In this document: positions 9,981 to 17,323 of the stretch, piece after piece
Layout of the letters: every line of letters begins with the position of its first letter
How positions within the stretch are numbered: the first letter of the stretch is position 1
Assembly: GCA_965649295.1 (NCBI GenBank)
Contig: CBFGKH010000004.1
Location: 86,158-150,157, forward strand
DNA length: 64,000 bases
Direction: 5' to 3'
Origin: a candidate division WOR-3 bacterium
GTDB taxonomy: Bacteria; Hydrothermota; Tepidihabitantia; Tepidihabitantales; Tepidihabitantaceae
Notes under the pieces: generated by a model
What the model saw: the letters and a program-made list of their open reading frames with translations, nothing else
Databases searched by the model: none
Told to the model about the DNA's origin: nothing
Made by a program: the position numbers and the translations under genes

Positions 9981-11046
9981 TGGCAATCAGAATCACGGCT
10001 ATCGTCCCAAAGAGGATATTCGGCAGCCAAGCAGCCAAAGCTGGGCTCAGCACGTGCGAGGTCCCATAGGCCCGGCTGGTCTGAATCGCTCCCCAGTAGA
10101 GAAACGAAAGCAGCAGCCCGAGCCCCAGTCCAAACATGATCCCGCCGCGCTGTATCCGCACCGAAACCGGCAGTCCCAGCATCACCACAATCAGTCCAAT
10201 CAGAGCATAGGAAAACCGATAGTGATACTCAACCTCTTGCTTGGCCACATTCTCACCGGCCCGTTTCATCCGACGGATGTACGCGGCCAGCTCTGCTGTC
10301 GGCGTCTCCTCCACCGGCCGCGCCACAGCCGCAAATGCCTCGGGTCGGTCGAGAATATCAGTAAGCCGGAGCGTGTCGTATTCGACAACGGTGTCCTGGC
10401 CGTCGGCTGCGAACCGACGCTCCACTACCTTCGTTCCCAGCCAGACCGTATCCTGCCAGACTGCCTCTGCCACATCAAACCGCCGCACCACCTTGCGATC
10501 CGGCCCCAGCAGACTGACGCTGAAATCGCGCATCACCCCATCCGGACGCAGCTCCCGGATGTAATAGACCCGGCCGCCTTCGCCGACAAAATAGACATTC
10601 GTCTTAGCCATTGCTGTCCGCTGTGGTCGGCGTTCGATGCGAGTACGCCGCAGGTCCGAAAGCCGAGCATTGGCCGGAATCGTGACCAGTTCATTCGCCG
10701 CTAGATAGAGCAGAGCCGAGGCTAGTCCCAGCACCACCGCTGGCGCAAACAGCCGGCCAACCGGCACGCCGGCACTCTGCAGCGCATGCAACTCCCGATA
10801 ACGAGTCATTTGACCATAGACCACAAAAACCGCCAGCACCATGCTCACCGGATAGAGCAAGGCCACTGCTGACGGCGTGCTGTAGAGATAGTATAGCAGC
10901 AGTATCGGCAAGGTTACCTTGCGACTGGTGAAGTAGTTCAGTTCCTCGAACAGGTCAATCAGCAGATAGAGAACTACCACGCTTGCACAAGCCAGCAGCG
11001 TGAAGCGAATCAGCTCGCGAACCAGCAAACGGTCAAGAATCTTCAA
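9964..11046 (-). CDS. lptG: LPS export ABC permease LptG
   Basis: MKILDRLLVRE start, ELHALQSAGV and LAAWLPN; LptF/G TM topology. Confidence 0.9.
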   Translation of the reverse strand: MKILDRLLVRELIRFTLLACASVVVLYLLIDLFEELNYFTSRKVTLPILLLYYLYSTPSAVALLYPVSMVLAVFVVYGQMTRYRELHALQSAGVPVGRLFAPAVVLGLASALLYLAANELVTIPANARLSDLRRTRIERRPQRTAMAKTNVYFVGEGGRVYYIRELRPDGVMRDFSVSLLGPDRKVVRRFDVAEAVWQDTVWLGTKVVERRFAADGQDTVVEYDTLRLTDILDRPEAFAAVARPVEETPTAELAAYIRRMKRAGENVAKQEVEYHYRFSYALIGLIVVMLGLPVSVRIQRGGIMFGLGLGLLLSFLYWGAIQTSRAYGTSHVLSPALAAWLPNILFGTIAVILIANGESR

Positions 11047-12275
11047 TGCCGCCTCAAGACCAGCAGCGGTCGCTCGAAAAACGCTCGGCTGGAAAGCTCA
11101 ATCACCGGCAGAACCAGTATCAGGTTGGGAAGCCACATGCCCAGAAAAGGGCTGATTCGGCCGGCATCGGCAAAGTTCTGCCCGGCCAGCAGCAACACAT
11201 AGTAGAGCGCGAAAAACGCCAATCCGACAATGAACCCGGTGCCGACACCACCGCGCCGCAACAGCAGCCCCACCGGCACCCCAAACAAGGCAAAAAAGAA
11301 CGCCGAAAACGCAATCGAGGCCCGCTTCTGAACCTCAACCTCAAACCGGGCCTGCTCCAGTTGCCGATAGCGCAGCCGCGTTGCCATCTCCTCCAGCCGC
11401 ATCTTCTCTGCCTCGTTCGGCTCAGCCGTCTTGCGCGCTTCCCGCAACTGCCGAGCCAGACTGTCAACCTGCACCCCGATGCGCCGCACCTCACCCAATA
11501 GCTGCGGCATTCGCATCTCCTCATCCGAGCGATACTCGCGGTCGCGTCGCACCAACTCATCGTCCATCGGGATATTAATAGTGTGCCGACGAAATCCCAG
11601 TCGCCGATAACTACCTGCCTCGGTTGCCTCGTGGATCTCCCCGTTCTCCAGCGAAAGCACCATATAGCGGCCGTCTGCCGTGTAGCTAATCTGACCGGTC
11701 GGCGCCGTGACAAAACCGGGCACACCCTTTGCCCGCCGGTTCTCGAAGATTGCCACGTTACGGATGCTCGAACGCCGCTCCTCGATTGTGCCGATGTAGA
11801 TGCTGTATCCAGGAAAGTCGTCCATGAACACACCTTCGCGCACGCGCAGGGCTGGCCGCTTTCGGGCAACATCGGTCATCAGGTTCCGCACCCGGTGCTG
11901 CGCCTCAGGCACCACCCAGCCATTGAACCAAGCCATCCCCACCATCAGCACCAAAGTCAGCACCGCCACCGGCAAGAACAACCGCAGCACATGGATACCC
12001 GCTGCCCGCACAACCCGAATCTCATTGTCCTGGGCCATTCGGCCAAACGACACCACTCCGGCAATCAGGCTGCCCAGCGGTGTGCAGATACTCGCCACAA
12101 ACGGCAAGGACAGCACCATCACTTCCGCCACGATCCGCACCGCCACACCCTTCCGCACCAAAAGGTCGGCAAGCAAAAACAGCCGGTCCATCAGCAACAC
12201 AAACACTAGCACCACGATTGCCAGTAGAAACGGCGGGATGAACTGACGCAGGGCGTACCGTTGGAGAATCTTCAA
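11043..12275 (-). CDS. lptF: LPS export ABC permease LptF
   Basis: LKILQRY, FGRMAQDNEI..RAAGI and GMWLPN. Start set at TTG 12275, 7 nt after a TTGACG-17-TAGAAT promoter. Confidence 0.9.
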   Translation of the reverse strand: MKILQRYALRQFIPPFLLAIVVLVFVLLMDRLFLLADLLVRKGVAVRIVAEVMVLSLPFVASICTPLGSLIAGVVSFGRMAQDNEIRVVRAAGIHVLRLFLPVAVLTLVLMVGMAWFNGWVVPEAQHRVRNLMTDVARKRPALRVREGVFMDDFPGYSIYIGTIEERRSSIRNVAIFENRRAKGVPGFVTAPTGQISYTADGRYMVLSLENGEIHEATEAGSYRRLGFRRHTINIPMDDELVRRDREYRSDEEMRMPQLLGEVRRIGVQVDSLARQLREARKTAEPNEAEKMRLEEMATRLRYRQLEQARFEVEVQKRASIAFSAFFFALFGVPVGLLLRRGGVGTGFIVGLAFFALYYVLLLAGQNFADAGRISPFLGMWLPNLILVLPVIELSSRAFFERPLLVLRRH

Positions 12276-12324
12276 GGACAAGATTCTAGTCCCGCCACCA
12301 TTGCCCGTCAAACAGGCTGACAGA

Positions 12325-12698
12325 GACCCATGACCAAACCCCAGTCAGAGCAGCTACCCAAAGAGCTCTGCCGGTTCTCCTCCAAACCATCAGAGAAAAC
12401 ATCTGACCAGCCCAGACGCATTAACTCTCGCCCGTGCCCCCTTGAGCTAAAAGGTAACTAGCCCAAGACATGCTTCCGAAAGCAGTCACCCAAGCCTTCT
12501 CAACCGTAGCCTGGGATTAAGTTCCGACAAAGGCCCGAACCGTGGTCATCCAAGCGCTTCCCCCAACCACCCCGGGAACCATTCCCCCCACGGGGTCAGG
12601 GAAAACGGCCTCCGCCCCTAACTGCTATTAAGGCCTGAACTTGCATCAATATTCGCCCTCGGCGGCTTGTATACTTCAAAGTACACACACGGTCACGA
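12325..12698. repeat. Intergenic element copy A: about 22 phased 12-bp units plus conserved anchor and palindrome
   Basis: RRC (AAC/AGC/GAC) recurs in a 12-bp register at 11 of 22 positions from 12325 to 12577. Segment 12565-12687 aligns without gaps to 51657-51779. TGTATACTTcaAAGTACACA at 12668-12687. Confidence 0.75.
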
Positions 12699-12795
12699 CG
12701 TTCAACCGTTACTGGCCGTCTTGCTCCGACTTGCCGTACCAAACTGGGCACCGAAACGCATAACCTGATGAGACACAGCACCAACCTCGGCCCCA

Positions 12796-12868
12796 GTTCT
12801 CCTCGCTCGCTCCTGTCGGCTGACTTGTCATACCGACCGAACACGTCCCCGTGCGAGTGAAGGGATCT
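12796..12868. repeat. degenerate REP-like palindromic element
   Basis: Imperfect inverted repeat with inner GTCGGcTGAC-tt-GTCAtaCCGAC and outer tcctcgctcgc/gcgagtgaaggga. Resembles the TGTCATTCCGAGCGAAGCGAGGAATC-type short palindromic repeats. Confidence 0.4.
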
Positions 12869-12874
12869 CCGCAC

Positions 12875-12914
12875 TTCTGCCTTTTAACTTTGGCTTCTGA
12901 CTCTTGGCTTCGCC
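12875..12914. repeat. degenerate heptamer tandem (TTYTGRC-like x5-6)
   Basis: ttctgcc ttttaac tttggc ttctgac tcttggc ttcgcc. Confidence 0.45.
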
Positions 12915-13096
12915 GGGCTGATCGTGAATGCAGGCCAGTACGTAGATGGATGGCTTACTAGGCACTGAACAATGTCAGAACCTGTTGCGAACACTACAGC
13001 CCGTTCGCTAGCACTATCCCAGCTACACTTTCTCGCTACGCCAGCCCCCTTCCTTGACTTCTCCCCCTGATAGCGTAACATTTGTCACAACCTGTA

Positions 13097-15532
13097 ATGG
13101 ATTCACGCTACAACGAGGTTCTACCCCTCGTAACCAAGCCGATCCGCTACACCGGCGGCGAGTACAACACCTACCTGCGCGAACCTGAATCCGGCCGCAC
13201 GAGCTGGATTCTGGCCATGCCCGAAGTCTATGAAATCGGGATGTCCAACTACGGTTTGCGTATCCTCTATTCGATTCTCAACCGCAGCGACAATGCCCTC
13301 TGCGAGCGCTGCTATGTGCCGTGGCCGGACTACGGCTCAGCACTGCGCGAGCATCGGCTGCCGCTGTATGCACTTGAATCCGGCCGGCCACTGACTGAGT
13401 TCGACATTATCGGCGTCTCGCTCCAGAGTGAACTTGGCTGCACCAACCTGCTCTATCTGCTCGACCTGGCTGGCATCCCTCTGCACCGCACCGAACGGGC
13501 CGAGAAACACCCGTTGGTGGTTGCCGGCGGGCCGTGCGCGGTCAATCCGCTGCCTTTGTCCCTCTTTATTGATGCGTTTGTAATTGGCGACGGCGAGGAG
13601 CCGGTACGTGAAATCAGTGCCGTGCGCCAGGAATGGAACGGTCGGGACCGCTCCGAACTGCTCTCACGCCTTGCCCGCATCGAGGGAATCTACGTCCCTG
13701 GCTACACGCCGAAAGGGGCGATTGTCCGTCGCCGGTTGGTCTCCGAGCTGCGAGAGGAGGATGCGCCGTTCCCACCGATTGTGCCAATCTGCGAGATTAC
13801 CCACGACCGCCTGACTATCGAGATTGCCCGCGGCTGCACCCGTGGTTGCCGATTCTGCCAGGCGGGAATGCTCAATCGGCCGGTGCGAATCCGCCCCATC
13901 GAGCAGGTTGTTCGGCTGGCAGAACGGGGCATCAGGGCCAGCGGCTGGGACGAGGTCTCGCTACTCTCGCTCTCAGCGCTGGACTATCCCGACCTGCTCG
14001 GGCTGGTGCGCCAGCTCAACTCCCGTCTCAGAGACCGGCGGGTGGCAATCTCACTGCCCTCAACTCGGGGCGAGGACTTCTCGCCGGAGTTGGCCCTGGA
14101 CCTGCAAGAGGTAAAGAAGACCGGCCTGACCTTTGCTCCGGAGACCGCTTCTGAGCGGCTGCGCGGGTTCGTCAATAAGCACATCGCCGAGGTGCGTATC
14201 CTCGAATCGGTACGCAATGCCATTGACGCCGGCTGGAACGGAGTGAAGCTCTATTTCATGGTCGGTCTGCCCGGCGAGACCGACGCTGACATCAGCGAGA
14301 TGGTCCGGTTTGTGGGCGATGTTGCCAAGCTCTGCCGCAGCCGAACGGTTCGGTTCAATCTCAGTCCGTTTGTTCCCAAGCCCCACACACCACTGCAGTG
14401 GGCTGCTTTTGCCGACCTTGGTGAGACTCAGGCCAAGATTGACCGGCTCAAGTCAAGCATCAACCGCCGCAATGTCAAGCCGACTTGGGAGAATCCGCAG
14501 TGCTCCTATGTGCAGGCGCTCTTGGCACGCGGCGATGAGCGGCTCGGCCCGGTTGTGGAACGTGTCTACGAGAAAGGCGGTGTTTTCCAGGAATGGACTG
14601 AGTACTTCCGGTTCAGCTATTGGCAGGAAGCCCTGGCTGAATTGGGCGTTGACCCGCAACCCTATCTGGCTGAGCGCCGGCCCGAGGAGTCGTTGCCGTG
14701 GGAGTTCATTGACGTCGGTGTCAGCCGCCAGTTCCTGCGTTCGGAGTACGAGAAGGCAAAGGCCGGTCAGGCTACACCTGACTGTGCGCTTGCCGGCTGC
14801 ACCAACTGTGGTGCCTGCCCTGATGGCAGAAGGCCTGAGCGGAAAGCCGCCGGCACTTCTGAAGCGACGCCTGACCTGACCGCTGCCTATGGCCGTCGGC
14901 CGCGACCGGTCCAGAGCTATGCCGAAATCAGAACCCGGTTCCGCCTGCGCTACGCGGTAGATGAGCCTTACCGGTTTGCTGCTCATCTCGACCGAGTGCG
15001 GGCCTTCTACCGAGCATTGCGCCGGAGCGAGCTGCCGGTTGCCTATACCAAGGGGTTTGCGCCAAAGCCGATGCTCTCATTCGGCCCGCCCCTGCCGGTA
15101 GGACTGACCTCAACCGGCGAATACCTTGATATCTACACTGCCTACCACTACACCGGCAACATCGTCCGCGACCTCGGCCCGTTCCTGCCCCGAGGACTGC
15201 GGATTATTGCCGGCCAGGCAATCAGCCGCGAGGCACCGACGCTTGGCGCCACGGTCAACCTCGCTCGCTACGACATCAAACTGCCCCCTCCGACTGTCGA
15301 GTTCGCCAAACTCCGGGAGCGGGCGCGGCAGATTTGCGGCATTCGTGAGCTACTGCCCGGCACTGATGGATCGCTCGTTCTCGACCTCGTAATCGAGCCT
15401 GGCATCCGCCTGCTCACCGTGCTCGCTGAGCTGCTCAAGATTAGCGATACCCAAGCCCGGTGTCTGGTCATCCAGCGCCGGGAGTGTCTGACGGTCGAAA
15501 ACGGCCGCATCCGGACACCGCTGGAGGATTGA
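13097..15532 (+). CDS. TIGR03960-type B12-binding radical SAM protein fused to DUF2344 (TIGR03936) domain
   Basis: KPIRYTGGE, RGCTRGCRFCQAG (CxxxCxxC), LPWEFID and C-terminal RALRRSELPVAYTKGF.P.P..SFGPPLPVG. Promoter TTGACT-16-TAACAT at 13054-13081. Confidence 0.92.
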   Translation: MDSRYNEVLPLVTKPIRYTGGEYNTYLREPESGRTSWILAMPEVYEIGMSNYGLRILYSILNRSDNALCERCYVPWPDYGSALREHRLPLYALESGRPLTEFDIIGVSLQSELGCTNLLYLLDLAGIPLHRTERAEKHPLVVAGGPCAVNPLPLSLFIDAFVIGDGEEPVREISAVRQEWNGRDRSELLSRLARIEGIYVPGYTPKGAIVRRRLVSELREEDAPFPPIVPICEITHDRLTIEIARGCTRGCRFCQAGMLNRPVRIRPIEQVVRLAERGIRASGWDEVSLLSLSALDYPDLLGLVRQLNSRLRDRRVAISLPSTRGEDFSPELALDLQEVKKTGLTFAPETASERLRGFVNKHIAEVRILESVRNAIDAGWNGVKLYFMVGLPGETDADISEMVRFVGDVAKLCRSRTVRFNLSPFVPKPHTPLQWAAFADLGETQAKIDRLKSSINRRNVKPTWENPQCSYVQALLARGDERLGPVVERVYEKGGVFQEWTEYFRFSYWQEALAELGVDPQPYLAERRPEESLPWEFIDVGVSRQFLRSEYEKAKAGQATPDCALAGCTNCGACPDGRRPERKAAGTSEATPDLTAAYGRRPRPVQSYAEIRTRFRLRYAVDEPYRFAAHLDRVRAFYRALRRSELPVAYTKGFAPKPMLSFGPPLPVGLTSTGEYLDIYTAYHYTGNIVRDLGPFLPRGLRIIAGQAISREAPTLGATVNLARYDIKLPPPTVEFAKLRERARQICGIRELLPGTDGSLVLDLVIEPGIRLLTVLAELLKISDTQARCLVIQRRECLTVENGRIRTPLED

Positions 15533-15535
15533 TTG

Positions 15536-17026
15536 ATGAAACCCAAGACCAGGATTGTTCTGAGCTCCAATGAATGGGAGACTCGGGTCGCAATCATTGA
15601 GAATGACCGGCTGGTCGAGTTCTATATCGAACGGGAGGAGAATCAGATTCTTGTCGGCCGCATCTACAAAGGCCGGGTCGAGAACGTCGTCAATGGCCTA
15701 CGCGGTGCGTTTGTCAACATCGGACTGCGCAAGAATGGCTTCCTCCCGCTGGTCGAGATACCCGAATTCGACGAACTCAATGAAGAAGAAACCCCAACCA
15801 ACGGCAAACAAGCCAAACCTGAGCCGCGGACAATTACCCTGCGCGAGGGCGAGGATATTCTGGTACAGGTGGTCAAGGATCCGTTCGCCGAGAAGGGTGC
15901 CCGCCTCACCTCGTTTGTCTCGATTCCCGGCCGCAACCTAGTTTACTTCCCCAATGCCCAGCGTATTGGCATCTCCCGTCGCATCCGCGAGCGCAAGGAC
16001 CGCGCCCGGCTGCGCGACGCTGCTCGCCGGTTCAAGAGTCCCCACGCCGGCCTGATAATCCGCACCGCGGCGGCCGAGGCCTCGTTCGAGGAACTGGCTA
16101 CCGAATACCGCGCTCTCGAGCAGACTTGGGAACAGGTTCGCGCCAAGGCCGAGGCTGCCCGACCGCCAGCCGTGGTCTATGAGGAGCCGCCAATCGGGGT
16201 CAAGCTCGTTCGCGACCTGCTCAACGCCGATGTCGAGAAGATGATAATTGACTCGGAGCCGCGCTATCAGGAAATCATGGACTACCTGGGCCGACTCGCG
16301 CCACATCTACGCAAGAAGATTGAACTCTATCGTGGCGAGGTGCCGTTGCTCGAACAGACCGGGGTTGAGGCCGAACTCGAACGGGTCTTTCAGAAACGCA
16401 TCTGGCTCAAGGGCGGCGGCTTCATCACCATTGACCAGACCGAGGGCATGGTTGCGATTGACGTCAATACCGGCCGTTCCGCCAAAGAAGAAGATCCGGA
16501 GAAGCTCATCCTTGCCACCAATCTCGAAGCTGCGGCTGAGATTGCCTGTCAGATTCGGCTTCGCGACCTTGCTGGCCTGATTGTTATTGACTTCATTGAC
16601 ATGGAGGACCCAAAGAACACCGAGAAGGTCGTGGCCGAACTACGGGCCCACCTTGCCAACGACCGGGCCAAGTCTGACTTCTCCAAGATTAGCCGGTTTG
16701 GTCTGCTGGAGATGACTCGCGAGCGCACTCGTCCTGGCATGATGTACGCAATGCACGAGACCTGTCCGACCTGCAAGGGCTCGGGCCGAGTCCGATCACG
16801 CTCCGAGGTAGCAATGAAAATAGAACGCGGCATCATGGCCAAACTGAACAAGATTCGCGGCCGACGCCTCCGTGTGCTCGCACCGCCGGCAATGGTTGAC
16901 TTCCTGACTACTGAGTGGTACGACCGGCTGAGTGAGTTCGCCCGACGCTACGAACTTGCCATTGATATCAAGACCGACTACCAGCTGCCACCAACCGACT
17001 TCAAGCTCATGACCGAAGCAAGCTAG
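15536..17026 (+). CDS. Rne/Rng family ribonuclease
   Basis: S1 domain IYKGRV..V..G..AFV.IG, IDVNTG, GLIVIDFIDM and CPTCKGSG zinc link. Confidence 0.95.
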   Translation: MKPKTRIVLSSNEWETRVAIIENDRLVEFYIEREENQILVGRIYKGRVENVVNGLRGAFVNIGLRKNGFLPLVEIPEFDELNEEETPTNGKQAKPEPRTITLREGEDILVQVVKDPFAEKGARLTSFVSIPGRNLVYFPNAQRIGISRRIRERKDRARLRDAARRFKSPHAGLIIRTAAAEASFEELATEYRALEQTWEQVRAKAEAARPPAVVYEEPPIGVKLVRDLLNADVEKMIIDSEPRYQEIMDYLGRLAPHLRKKIELYRGEVPLLEQTGVEAELERVFQKRIWLKGGGFITIDQTEGMVAIDVNTGRSAKEEDPEKLILATNLEAAAEIACQIRLRDLAGLIVIDFIDMEDPKNTEKVVAELRAHLANDRAKSDFSKISRFGLLEMTRERTRPGMMYAMHETCPTCKGSGRVRSRSEVAMKIERGIMAKLNKIRGRRLRVLAPPAMVDFLTTEWYDRLSEFARRYELAIDIKTDYQLPPTDFKLMTEAS

Positions 17027-17098
17027 GCATACTGACTATCGGACAGTAACCGTCAAGAGTAACCGAGGGCCGAACTTTGTGTCTTGGTGTTTTGAGGA

Positions 17099-17320
17099 CT
17101 AACCCGGGACCTCTAGCACCTTTGCCCGACTACGCTGTCCGCTGACAATCTCGACCTGCGACTTGGGCACGTCCAGGAATCGGGCAACCGCCTCGACAAC
17201 AGCCTTGTTCGCTTCGCCGGCGTGGGCCCGTGCATGCACTCGAACGAGCAGTGAGCCGTCAGGTTGACGGCTCACTGCCTCAACAGACGCCCCGGGCTTG
17301 ACCCTGACCCGGATGCGCAC
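17099..17320 (-). CDS. DUF167 (YggU/UPF0235) protein
   Basis: VRVKPGA, GEANKAV and IVSGQRSRAK motifs. Confidence 0.9.
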   Translation of the reverse strand: MRIRVRVKPGASVEAVSRQPDGSLLVRVHARAHAGEANKAVVEAVARFLDVPKSQVEIVSGQRSRAKVLEVPG

Positions 17321-17323
17321 GTT

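Noticed and set aside
9745..12246. Long + strand ORFs (319, 208, 151 aa)
   Set aside because: Antisense shadows of lptF/lptG in GC-rich DNA with no motifs.
12325..12590. CRISPR array interpretation of the 12-bp arrays
   Set aside because: No 23-47-bp identical repeats and no cas genes in the window; the similarity is only an architectural analogy.
17027..17098. AGTAACCG direct repeat between convergent genes
   Set aside because: Two 8-mers 13 bp apart; compatible with chance.
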